Positions 12,753 through 25,209 of a stretch of DNA of 64,000 bases are shown here, in pieces. Under the pieces are notes generated by a model that ran no database searches, was not told the DNA's origin, and was given only the letters and a program-made list of their open reading frames with translations. Source of the stretch: Malacoraja senta (Eukaryota). Every line of letters starts with the position of its first letter. Within the stretch, counting starts at the first letter, position 1. Where the stretch lies: positions 808,001 to 872,000 of the forward strand of contig CM075995.1 of NCBI GenBank assembly GCA_038087875.1, given 5' to 3'. The position numbers and the translations under genes are program-made.

Positions 12753-15700
12753 TGCTGAAGCAAAGCAAGAATTTCATTGTTCTATCAGGGACACATGACA
12801 ATAAACTCACTTGAATCTTGAATCTAGTACCTGCCTCAACTTTCTGCTCTGAGAGGGGGGCCGGGGGGGGGGGGGAATATTTAATAGGAACCCGAGGGGT
12901 AAATTTTTCACACAAAGGGTGGGGGGGGCGTATGACACGAGCTGCCAGAGGAGGTAGATGAGGCAGGGACTATCGCAACGTTTAGACAGGTACATGGATA
13001 GTACAGGTTTGAAGGGATATGGGCCAAACGCAGGCAGGTGGGACTAGTGTAGATGGGACATGTTGGTCGGTGCGGGCAAGTTGGGCCAAAGGGTCCATTT
13101 CCATGCTGTATCACTATGACTAGGGATAATCCTAACTACGGATGCCGTCTCTATGGAGTTTGTACGTTCTTCCCTTGACTGCGTGGGGTTTCTCCAGGTG
13201 CTCCGGTTTCCACCCACAACTCCATAGACGTACAGGTCTGCAAGTTAATTGGCTTCGGTAAAAATGCTGAATCATTGTGTGTATGTGTGTGTGTGTGATA
13301 GAGTTAGTGTACGGGTGTCAGCGGTCGGCACGGACTCGGTGGGCCGAAGGGCCTGTTTCCTCGCTGTGTGACTCTGGACACTGGCCAGCCTCGGTGGTGT
13401 TGGGGCAGGGGTTGGTGGTGGGGAGGGGGGGGGTCGGACTTTTGTTGGAAATCCAGAGAAAACAGAACAGGTGGTGGAATGTGAAACCAGAGCTCTCCAG
13501 GGCCACTCTGGTTTAAACTCCGGGGATCTGTGAACACACACACACACACACTCCCTGGCCTGTGCCATTTTACACCGGCTGACTGACAAGACAGGCTGCG
13601 GTATGACTCCCAGCTCTATTTTTAAAGCATCTGCTAAATCGATCCACCAGACGAGCAATATCTGTATAAGGCAAAATGAGCAACTTTCCGTGCGCGATTC
13701 AAGGGTCACGATCAAAAAAAATAGTCCGATCTCAAATGCACGTCGAACATACGACCGTGAAAGTGTCAATTTTACAAGCGCAACGCGACACCAATGATAA
13801 TGATCCAGTCGGATTTGGTCTCATCAAATTCCGCGCACAAGTTATTGTTTCTTAAAGAAAAGTAATTTTTTAGAAGCGAACTGAATAATTGATCATCAAG
13901 TGGCTTAATTAAATAATTCTGGTAAACTAGATTGATTTGGACAGGTGGGCTGGTGTAAGAGATCTGGGGTGTTAAATTGGATCTGTACTTATAAAAATTA
14001 GATGAGACCTTGGGATTACCGGGTATAATGAAATAACCGCTGCACCTTTCCGAACCTAAAGCCACTCAGTGTTTCCACCCCGATCATTGTTTTACTCATT
14101 CATTATTTACTGAACGTATTGTTATATGTCATCATTTATTCATGGATGGGGGAGGTGAGGAAAGCAGATGAGCAGACAAATTGTGTACACACTTGCTTCA
14201 AATGTACACCTTATTAGTAACTTTTTTTTTTTTAAATGATGGGGCTTGTAGGTCGCTCATTTTGTGTTTTCTGGTTTTCCTAAACAAGGGCGGCACAGTT
14301 GCTGCTTAAGATCCTGACTACGGGTGCTCTCGGTACAGAGTTTGTACATGACCGCGTGGGTTTCCCCCGGGCGCTCCGGTTTCCTCCCACACTCCAAAGA
14401 CGTGCAGGTTTGTCGGTTTAATTGGCTTGGTAAAATTGTAAATCACCCCCTGGTATGTGGAGGATAGTGCAAGCGATCGCCGGTCGGCTCGGCCTTGGGT
14501 TTCAACTAAACGCTTAAAATACACAAAAGATATATGCACAGTCCACCAAAACTCAGGACTTAAAAAGTTCCCCTGTACATGTGTTGCATGCTGCGAGTAC
14601 TAATTCAAGAGAATGTGCAGTTGATATTTGTAGATACTAAAAAAATATGCTTGTGAAGTAGTTATCTTTCAAAATAATTTAGTTCCTAACTTTTAAAATG
14701 TTCAAATCCATTGGGCAAACATTCAAGTGCTATGTATAGAGTGGCTAATTTCTACTAGGAGGAGATCTCATACCTAGCTTAGAATTAGACAGACCCAGCA
14801 TACAAAATGGCTTTAGGAAATCTAGCACTTGGAAATCATGCTTGATTAGGATATTGCTGATAATTATCAAATACTGTACCCAAGGCTTTATGGAACATAC
14901 AATGAAAGCACTTGTGTTAACAAAATAATTTTTTTTTTTTTTTTTTTAAATCAACCAAACCAAGATATTTTGTTGTTTTTTTAAAAAACATCGCAACATG
15001 CAAGCGAAGAATGGATTTGGTAATCAACAAAAATAAAACAAAAGTCACACAAGATTTAGCACTCACTACAACCCAGAAACTGGTGTGTTAAACTGGAAAT
15101 CAAGCTACAGCAACAAAGCAAAAATAATGTCAGATCCCCTGCTCACAACGGCACAAAAAAAACAAATCACTCTCGAACAAAGAAAACTCCAGAAAAGTCC
15201 TCACTACAGCTCTCTCCATTAACAAAAAAAGCACGCATTTTAGCTCTAAACACCACTTCATTAAAAGTAAAAAAAAGAAAATTAAAAGCACACGCAGCTC
15301 TAGTACACTTGAACAAAAAAATAACGTACATGCAATAGTTAATCACCATTTTTTTTAGCTTGTTTGAGACTCTACTGGTTACTGTTTAAGATCTGCTCAT
15401 TCCGTAACTATTGCCACCTCATATCATCAAATCCTTCTCTCATCATCATGTTATCTTAACTGTAAACGGACCCTGTCAGATCAGAAAGAAATACATAGAA
15501 TTGAGTCAAGCCAAAAAGGAGGTCAAAGTCGACCGGTTATATAAAAATAATAAGCACACAACACTGATGGACTGGACCACAGAGGTGGCGTGTCTGGGAT
15601 TTTTGGCTGGACGAACGGAATCATTTGTCGACCTTGACTCGTGGAGAAATGGCACAGCAGAATCAATGTATATTTCTCCCCCCCTTCTCGCTAAAAGTTT

Positions 15701-15872
15701 AGACTGGTCATTTGTTGAAGGGCGCTTCACTATATCCGTCCTTTTAGATAGAGGATAGTTAGCCAAACAGACACATTATCGCCACTTTTCCAGCCGGTCC
15801 TCGTTTACAGTGCAGCGCGGAGGTGTAGCGTTTACTTAGCTGCAGCTCCGTGCAGTCCCAAGACGTTACAAT

Positions 15873-16141
<269 letters not shown>

Positions 16142-16207
16142 CTCTGCCTTTGAGCAAGTGGGAGGGGAACCGGTTATGCACTGTGGCGGGAGAGGAGCAG
16201 CACTCAC

Positions 16208-16262
16208 CCATAAGGTCTGGGAACAAACGCGGGGTGAATCTGCTGCACTCCGAAAGCGAAAC
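16208..16262 (-). CDS. rbm24: RBM24 coding exon 3 (55 nt; not evident in the ORF track)
   Basis: Acceptor TTTTGTTTCCTCGACAG|, reads (G)[17 protein letters not shown](G), donor TGG|GTGAGT. Phase 1 to 2 joins exons 2 and 4 in frame. Confidence 0.95.
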
Positions 16263-17410
16263 CTGTCGAGGAAACAAAAGGTTCAGTCGTGACACGCAGA
16301 GACAAGTAACCAGCGTGAATGATACTGGCGCGCCGATACCACGAGAACTTTCATCGTTCATTGCAAGGCACAGCGCACTGTCCAGATTAACTGGGACACA
16401 AGGGACTGCAAAAGCTGGAAACTTCAGCAAACAAAACACAACACAAGGAACTGCAGGTGTTGGTCAAACAACCACAGAAGACACAAAGTGCTGGAGCAAC
16501 TCAGCGGGTCAGGCAGCATCTCTGGGGAACATGTTTAAGGAAGAACCGCAGATACTGGAAAAATCGAAGGGGGACAAAAATGCTGGAGAAACTCAGCGGG
16601 CGAGGCAGCATCTATGGAGCGAAGGAATAGGTGACGTTTTGGGTCGAGACCCTTCTTCACAGATACTTCTTCTCTCTGGGGAACATGGCTAGGCGACGTT
16701 TCAGGTCAGGGGTTCCACCTTCTCCACAGATGCTGCCTGACCCACACCGTTACTCCAGGACTAAAGGACAAACTTATTTTTTTGCTTTCAAGATGTTTGC
16801 ATTTTAAACAGATTTCTATTTGGTGGAGACACAAGGAAACCTGCCAGTTTATCAAAAAGTGCTGGGGTAATTCAGCGGGCCAGGCAGCATCTCTGGAGAT
16901 CGTGGATAGAAGAAGCGCCCTGACCCGAAACGTCGCCTAGGCATGTTATCCAGAGATCTAAAAACAAGGAACTGCAGCTGCTGGTTCACCAAAAAAAAAG
17001 GCACAAAGTGATGGAGTAATTCAGCGGGCCAGGCAGCATCTCTGGAGAACATCGATAGAATGTGCTTAGCGACCTGAAACATGGCCTAACCATAATCTCC
17101 AGAGATGTAGAAACAAGGAACTGCAGGTAAAATGTGGGGGGAGGAACTGCAGATGCTGGTTTACACCAAAAAGCTGGAGTCTCTCAGCGGGCCAAGCAGC
17201 ATCTCTGGAGACAAGGAATAGGCGACGTTTCGGGTTGAGACCCTTTAGATGCTGATTGACAACAAAAAAAAAGACGCTGGAGTAACTGGAGCATCTCCAG
17301 AGATGCCTCCTGACCTGCCGAGTTACTCTGGCACTTTGTGTCATTTTATTTTGTTTTTTGTTTTTGGCAGAGTTTACCTGGAGAGTCCCTGCCTCAAGAG
17401 TCAAACTCAC

Positions 17411-17534
17411 CTGGCTGCATGATGCGAGGTTTCGCCCCCAGGTACGCCAGGTTGACGTTGGCTTTCCTGCCGTCGATGATGGGGTTGGGATCCTTGCAGG
17501 CTCGCTCTGCCGCCGACCGGTCAGCCATGGTCAC
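17411..17534 (-). CDS. rbm24: RBM24 coding exon 2 (124 nt)
   Basis: [41 protein letters not shown](G). Acceptor GCAG|GTG, donor CAG|GTGAGT, phase 0 to 1. The PRIMQPG segment is RBM24-type rather than RBM38-type. Confidence 0.97.
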
Positions 17535-19090
17535 CTGCGATGCACGTGAACAGGGACCGGGGGAGGGGGGGGGGGAAGGAGAGAGATACAACCCAGCGTC
17601 AGTAAACAAAAGACGGGCCCACACTTAGCACTCTCTAAGCAGTATGACCGTCAAAGTTCAGGGAGAGAAGGCGGGAGAAAATGGGGTTGAGAGGGAGAGA
17701 TGGGCCAACCATGCTTGAATGATAGAGCACACACGACGGGCCGAATGGCTTAATTCTGCTCCCAATGTCTTATGGACTATCTAAATCACTCAGGCACCCA
17801 CACGACTCAGAGGTACAAGGCTTATTCATGGGGGCGCAAAAAGCTGGAGTAACTCAGCGGGTCGGGCAGCACCTCTGGAGAAAAGGAATAGGTGACGTTT
17901 CGGGTCGAGACCCTTCTTCAGCCAGGCGAGAGGGAAACAAGAGATATTTGGAAGGTACGCAAGACAAATGAATGAAAGATATGCACAAAGCAACAATGAT
18001 CAAGGTGGAGCCGACAATGGTCCACAGTTGCCTGTCTGATAGGGGATAACGCGTTATACAGTGGAACGTTGTTGTGGGGAGGAACTGCAGATGCTGGTTT
18101 ACAGCCGAAGATAGACATAAAATGTTGGAGTAACTCAGCGGGTCAGGCAGCACCTTCAGAACTTTGCCTTCAGCTAATAATGAACTATTCGATGTTTCCT
18201 TGATCACCGTCTGCTTTTCATAAGTGATAGGAGCAGAATTAGGCCATTCGACCCATCAAGTCTACTCCGCCATTCAACCATGGCTGATCAATCTCTCCCT
18301 CCTAACCCCATTCTCCTGCCTTCTCCCCATAACCCCTGACACCCGTATTAATCAAGAATCTATCTATCTCTGCCTTAAAAATATCCATTGACATGGCCTC
18401 CACAGCCTTCTGTGAAAGGGTTTACAGACGTTTGTGTTCACACTTTAAAGTGTGTTCACATTTTACCCTCCCATAGCTCCAATCTTCCTCGACTCTCAGT
18501 CTGAAGAAGGGTCTCGACCAAAAACGTCACCCATTCCTTCTCTCCAGAGATGCTGCCTGTCCCTCTGAGTTACTCCAACATTCCGTGTGAATCTCCAGTG
18601 TAACTTTCAGACCCTTCTATCTTACCTTTCCCCTTGCGGAAGTGTGAAGTGTGAAAATGCACACCTCCAGATTCAGGGGCAGTTTCTTCCCAGCTGTTAT
18701 CAGGCAACTGAACCATCCTACCGACAACGAGAGAGCAGTCCTGAACTACTATCTACCTCATTGGTGACCTTTGCTGGCTCTCGGACTATCTTAGATCGGA
18801 CTTTGCTGCCTTTACCTTGCACTAAACGTTATTCCCTTATCATGTGTCTGCACACTGTGAACGGCTCGATTGTAATCATTTATTGTCTTCCTGCATAGCA
18901 CGCAACAAAAGTGTTTCCCTGTACCTCGCTCGGTGCATGTGACAATAAACTAAACTCACGGGTAAACTAAACTGAAGACAAAAGTGCTGGAGTAACTCAG
19001 CGGGGACAGGCAAGCATCTCTGGAGAGAAGGAACGGGTGACCTTTCGGGTCGAGCACCCTCCTTCGGACCAAACTTACAAGGGTACTTAC

Positions 19091-19258
19091 AAAACCGTAG
19101 CCGCGGGACTTGCCCGTCTGCCGGTCGGTGATGACCACCGCCTCCTCGATGTCGCCGAACACCTCGAAGTACTTGCGGAGGGACGCGTCGGTGGTGTGGT
19201 AGGGCAGCCCCCCGACGAAGATCTTGGTGAAGGTGGTGTCCCTCTGGCTCGTGTGCAT
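19091..19258 (-). CDS. rbm24: RNA-binding motif protein 24, first coding exon (168 nt; N-terminal RRM, RNP2 IFVGGL and RNP1 RGYGF)
   Basis: Translates [59 protein letters not shown] has A at -3 (GGCAAGATG) and an in-frame upstream TGA. Donor TTT|GTAAGT at 19090, phase 0. Confidence 0.97.
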
Positions 19259-19309
19259 CTTGCCCCGGCGGCAGGCGGCAGCAACTCAGCGGGCAGGGGC
19301 TCTCCGAGG
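19259..19309 (-). other. rbm24: rbm24 5'UTR portion of the first coding exon, preceded by a strong 3' splice site
   Basis: Minus strand reads a long polypyrimidine tract ...CTTCTCTCTGCCTCTCTACCTGTTGCAG|CCTCGG, with AG at 19311-19310. This implies an upstream non-coding exon. Confidence 0.6.
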
Positions 19310-19399
19310 CTGCAACAGGTAGAGAGGCAGAGAGAAGGGGGGGAGAGAGATAGAGAGCCGGCGGCAGGGGTAAGGGGAGTGGAGGGGGAGAAATACAAT

Positions 19400-19810
19400 G
19401 ATTTTTTAAAAATGCAACACACTCTGTGCACCTCTTCTCCCACCCCACTCCCCAATTTCAAATGCAACACTCCCCCCCCCTCCCTCTGTTCCAATTCTCC
19501 CACCTCAATTTAAATGCAAGACCCTCTCCCCCCCTTACACCTCTTCCCCAGCTCCTAATTTAAATGCAAAACACGCTCTGTGCACCTCCTCACCCACCCA
19601 GCTCCCCAAATTTAAACACTTTGACCCAATTCCACCTCCCCGATTTAAATGCAGCACACTCTTCCCCCCCCTTACATCTCTCTCCCCCTTTGCTCCCCTT
19701 CAATATAAATGCAACACAGCTCTTCTCCCACCTCAGTTTTAATGTAACACTCTCCCCCCCCTGCACCTCTTCTCTCACCGCCCCCCCACATTTAAATACA
19801 ACACACTCCT
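19400..19810. repeat. Degenerate about 50-bp tandem array (ATTTAAATGCAACAC + C-rich spacer)
   Basis: About 8-9 recurrences of TTTAAATGCA-like anchors separated by C-runs. Confidence 0.75.
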
Positions 19811-20059
19811 TGTCCCTTGCACCCCTTCTCTTCCTCTTTCTTTCTCTTTTTCTCTCTCTCTCTCCCTTCCCCAACCCAATCGGCCTCCTGTTTGTTATAA
19901 ACTCCTCCCGTCTCCCCCACTATCCCAATCAATAATCAAATAAGCAAGCAAGTATGCAGCTAGACAGATGAAATGCAAAAGTACGAGTTGCAAAGAGGAG
20001 GAAAAGGGGCAAAAAATACAACAACAAAAAAAAAAAACCTCTACACCCATACAACGTAC

Positions 20060-21020
20060 TTGCGGGGCATGAGCTCGTCCCGCTCGTAATCTGCTATTCC
20101 CGCTGCCCGGGCTCTTTAAGTGCCCGCTGCCGGCCGGTCTGCTCCTGTCACTCACGCGGCGAGACCACGCCCCGTCTGTCGATGACCACGCCCCTCCCCG
20201 CGCGGACGGCAGCTCCATTGTCCGCGTCACCGAGCACAAGCCGCGCCCACAGTCAGCCGAGACCCACCCACCCCCCCCCCACATGCTCCTCCCCCTCGAT
20301 TGTTCGCGTCATCGAGCGCAGAGCCACGCCCCTCCCATTGTCAGGTAACCGTCACCGCTGGCCGTGTCCCGCCCCCCCCCAGCACGTCATCGCGCTCCTC
20401 CTCCCTTCGGTGGTTCGCGTCATGAAGCACAAACCACGCCCACTGGCAGCTGGTCACGCCCCTCCCCCAACGCGCGTCAGAAGCCACGCCCCCCATTGCC
20501 CCTCCCCCGCCAACGTGCTTCAGAGGCGATGCTCCTGCTCCCACGCGTCGACTCGATGGACCCCGTCACCGAACACGTCAGATGACCACGCCTTCCTCCG
20601 CCATTAGCCACGCCATTCCCCCGCCTGGCCACGCCCCTCGTGCTCCGGTGCGCCCCATCGATCCAGTGGTCCGAGCACAAGCCGCGCCCCCACAGCTGTC
20701 AGACGGCCACGCCCACCAGTCCCCAGCCACGCCCCCGTGTTCCGCGGCCGGCGGGCACCATTGTGTTACGTCACCGAGCGCTAGCCACGCCCTTAATCGG
20801 CTGGCCACACCCATTAGCAGCTGACACGCCCACCCCGGCACCACCGGCTACGCCCTCCAGCGCGTCATCGATTATTCGCGTCATCGAATACAGTTCACGC
20901 CCCATACCGCCGGCCACGCCCCTTCATCTCTGGCCACGCCCCTCCCCCCACGCCCACGTGCTCCCCGAGCCATCCCCGGAGCCGCGCAAAGCTGTCAATC
21001 ACCCGACTGCAGCGCTGCAG
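20060..21020 (-). promoter_or_regulatory. CpG island / probable rbm24 promoter with many Sp/KLF (CCACGCCC) boxes and CRE half-sites
   Basis: Very high GC and CpG content, free of TEs, 0.8-1.8 kb upstream of the ATG. About 15-19 CCACGCCC-like boxes. TATA-like CTTAAAGA on minus at about 20113-20120. Confidence 0.75.
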
Positions 21021-21330
21021 CCGCAGGGAGTTTTGCACTTTGACCGGAGGGAGTTCAGTTTAGATAGACAGCCACTTAATGCCGGATGGAGTAACTCAGC
21101 GGGACAGGCAGCATCTCTGGAGAGAAGGAATGGGTGACGTTTCGGATCGAGCCCCTTCTTCATATTTCATTCCTTCTTCTCCCCAGAGATGCTGCCTGTC
21201 CTGCTGAGTTACTCCAGCATTTTGTGTCTACCTTCGATTTAAACAAGCATCTGCAGTTCTTTCCTACACCCTTCTTCAGACTGTTTAGCTTAGTTTATTG
21301 TCACGTGTACCGAGGTACACTGTTGTATGC

Positions 21331-21751
21331 CAGGGGTGGGCAACCTTGTTCTGCATAGGGGCCGGGACACAAGTCTGTGAGCAGATGGCGGGCCCCATCT
21401 ATCACGTGTACACATGGATCCCGTCCCCATCCCGCCCCGGATGGCAGCCATCAAATCACGTGTTCACACAAGCTCGACAAAAATGCTGGAGAAACTCAGC
21501 AGGTGAGGCAGCCTCATGCAATCCTTGCATGTCTCACCCACTGAGTTTCCCCAGCATTTTTGTCTGCCTTCGATTTTTCCAGCATCTGCAGTTCTTTCTT
21601 AAACGTGCTCACAGAAGGTGCGTAGCCGTGCTGGCGGCTTTGCGCAGGATGAGGTATAGCCAGAGCTCGGCTGTGCTCGACATTCGGCGGGCCGGATGAT
21701 TTCGGGTTATGGGCCGCATTCGGCCCGGGGGCCGTCAGTCGCCGGCCCCTG
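21331..21751. mobile_element. Non-autonomous hAT transposon with nested Penelope-tail insertion
   Basis: CAGGGG...CCCCTG termini and a perfect 8-bp TSD TTGTATGC (21323-21330 / 21752-21759). Confidence 0.85.
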
Positions 21752-24017
21752 TTGTATGCCAACCAGTCAGCGGAAAGACAACACATGATTACAATCGAGC
21801 CATCCACAGTGTGCAGACACGTGATAAAGGGAATAAAGTTTAGTGCAAGATAACACCAGTAAAGTCCAATCAAAGATAGTCCAAGGGTCTCCAAATGAGG
21901 TGGACAGTTTAGTGCCATCTACCTCATTGGTGACCCTTGGAATATCCTTGATCGGACTTTGCCAGCTTTACCTTGCACTAAACATTGAGTCAGGCTAATC
22001 GCGAATTGGAGGAACACCATCTCATATTTTGCTTGGGCAGCTTACATCCCAGGGATATGAATATTGATTTCTGTATCTTCAAGTAACCCCTGCATTGCCT
22101 CTCTCTCCATCCCTCCCCCACCCAAGTCGCACCAGCTTCTCGTTCTCACCCAACAAACAGCTAACAATGGCCCTTTTCCTTTGTCATCGTTACTTCTTTG
22201 CATATCTTTTAATCATTTGTTCTTTATCTGTCTACATCACCGTCTATATCTCTCGTTTCCCTTTCCCCCGACTCTCAGTCTGAAGAAGGGTCATGACCCA
22301 AGCCGTCACCCATTCCTTCTCTCCAGAGATGTCCCGCTGAGTTACTCCAGCACTTTATGTCTATCTTTATTATTCCCTGTAAATGGCTAGATTGTAATCA
22401 TGTATTGTCTTTCCACTGACTGGATAGCAAGCAACAAAAGTTTTTCACTGTACCTCAGCACACGTGACAAAACACTAAACTGAACTGAAACTCTCCAGTT
22501 GTGGAAGGATGGTTCAGTTGAGATGCTGGGGTGGGGGGGGGGGGGGGGGGGGGAGATTTAGGCTCTCGGTGCGAGGCGGTGGGTGCATCATAGACAGCAC
22601 CTCGCCCAGTGTGGTTAGCAGGGAAGTACTAAGAGTAGTGTGATACGATCCGATACAAGCACTCGGCTCGGAAAGTGTGACACGGAGCCCGGGTACAATG
22701 TCGCAACGAAACACAAGTCAGAGATCTCTCGGCTGCAGGTAATTTGATGAAAAGTTAATGTATAGTGGTTGCTGCAACGAGCAATCAATTAATTGAAGCC
22801 AACCTCTGCTTCGTTCCTCTTTGCAGGGCTCAGACGGACAGGAGCAAAGATCCTACAGCGGATCCTTCTTTCTAAAAACAAAACACTGGTCCCGCAATGT
22901 TTTAAAACACACACAAAAAAAATTATGTTTTTTGCAGCATTCGGGTCCCCCCTCCACCCGTCCGGGGAAATGAAAGTGTTTATTCTTTTTGTAGTAAAGG
23001 AGGGAGGAGGGTGAAATCGCTCAGTAACGGGTCATGACAGCTATTGAAAAAGTCGACCCAAAATATCACCTATTCCTTCTCTCCAGAGATGCTGCCTGAT
23101 CCGCTGAGTTACTCCAGCTTTTTGTGTCTGTCTTCGGTTTAAATCAGCATCTGCCGTTCCTCCCTGTACAAGGTATGTGCCGTTTTAACTGAACGCATAA
23201 CTGAAGTCGGGTCGGGTCAAAGATAAGGTCGGGTTACTGAAAGGCGGAAGTTAAGCTCCGTTGCGTACTACACGTCAGCCCATTGGATTTAGCAGGAGTG
23301 GTCTATCTTGCTCCTCTATAGGATCTTTGGACAGGAGTACAAACATACAACACGATGCCAGAGGAGGGAGAGATCCAAATGATCAAAATATAAACAGACA
23401 CAAGACGCTGGAGTAACTCAGCGGGACGGGCAGCATCTCTGGAATGAAGGAAAGGGTGACGTTTCGGGTCGAGACCCTCCTTCAGACTGGTTAGGGATAA
23501 GGAAAACAAGAGATATAGACGATGATGTAGAGAGATAAAGAACAATGAATGAAAGATATGCAAAAAAGTAACGATGATAAAGGAAACAGGCCATTGTTAG
23601 CTGTTTGTTGGGTGAAAACTAGAAGATGGAGCGACTCGGGTGGGGGAGGGATAGCGAGAGAGGGAATGCCGGGGTTACTTGAAGTTAGAGAAATCAAGTG
23701 TTATACTGTGTAGGAAAGAACTGCAGATGCTGGTTTAAACCGAAGATAGACACAAAACGCTGGAGTAACTCAGCGGGGCAGGCAGCATCTCTGGAGAGAA
23801 GGAATGGGTGACGTTTCGGGTCGAGACCCTTCTTCAGACTGGGAGTCAGGGGAGAGGGAGACTAGAGGTATGGAAGGGCAAGGTATGAAAACGACATATA
23901 AAAGCAGACGATGCTCAAGGAAATGTAGAATGGTTTATTGTTAGCTGAGGGGAAGGGGACAGCAAGGCGTACAATCAGTAAAATGAGGGTGGGGGAGTGA
24001 CAGAAAGAGGAAAGCAA

Positions 24018-24500
24018 GGGTCAAGTCAAGTTTATTTGTCACATACGCATACGAGATGTGCAGTGAAATGAAAAGTGGCAATGCTTGCGGATTGTGCAAA
24101 AAAACTACAAAACAGAATAGAACAGAATCAGTAATTACATATTTGTGACAAAAAAACAGCAATTTTAAAAAGACACAACACAACAGTAAATTGGTACAGT
24201 AAGTTAGTCCCTGGTGAGATGAGAGTTTACAGTCCTAATGGCCTCTGGGAAGAAACTCCTTCTCATCCTCTCTGTTTTCACAGCATGACAGCGGAGGCGT
24301 TTGCCTGGCCGTAGCAGCTGGAACAGTCTGTTGCTGGGGTGGAAGGGGTCCCCCATAATGTTGCTGGCTCTGGATCTGCACCTCCTGGTGTATAGTTCCT
24401 GCAGAGGGGCAAGTGTAGTTCCCATAGTGCGTTCGGCCGAACGCACTACTCTCTGCAGAGCCTTCTTGTCCTGGGCAGAGCAGTTCCCAAACCAGATTGT
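24018..24500 (-). mobile_element. Rex1/Babar-like LINE 3' fragment
   Basis: TIWFGNCSAQDKKALQRVVRSAERTMG...RMRRSFFPEAIR, ending with AATAAA + (CTTGA)n tail. Confidence 0.7.
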
Positions 24501-24552
24501 GATGATCATTCATGTGATTTTGAAATTGTGTCTAATGGGAACTAGATTTAAG

Positions 24553-25166
24553 GGTCATAAGTTCATGTGATAGGAGCAGAATTAGGCCATGGCTGATCTA
24601 TCTCTCCCTCCTAACCCCATTCTACTGCCTTCTCCCCATAACCCCTGACACCAATACTAATCAAGAATCTATCTACCTCTGCCTTAACAATATCCATTGA
24701 CGGCCTCCACAGCCTTCTGTGGCAAAGAATTCCACAGATTCACCACCCTCTGACTAAAGGAATTCCTCCTCATCTCCTTCCCAAAGAAACTTCCTTTAAT
24801 TCTGAGGCTATGACCTTTCGACCTAGACACTCCCACTAGTGGAAACATCCTCTCCACATCCACTCTATCCAAGCCTTTCACTATTCAGTAAGTTTCATTG
24901 AGGGTGCCCCTCATCCTTCTAACCTCCAGCGAGTACAGGCCCAGTGCCGACAAACGCGCATCATATGTTAACCCAACTCATTCCTGGGATCATTCTCATA
25001 AACCTCCTCTGGACTCTTCTCCAGAGCCAGCACATCCTTCGTCAGATATAGCACCGAAAATTGCTCACAATACACCTAATGCAGCCAGACCAGCGCCTTA
25101 AAGAGCCTCAGCATTACATCCCTGTTTTTTTCTGTATTCTAGCCCTCCTGAAATAAATACGAGCAT
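24553..25166 (-). mobile_element. CR1-clade LINE 3' fragment
   Basis: KGLDRVDVERMFPLVG...WNSLPQKAVEA. Confidence 0.8.
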
Positions 25167-25209
25167 TGTGGTTCATTTCACATCCAACACTTGGAACATG
25201 AAGGCAAAA

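Noticed and set aside
20182..21137. Multiple 60-165 aa ORFs in the CpG island
   Set aside because: Expected from stop-codon scarcity at high GC; low-complexity Pro/Arg/Ala translations.
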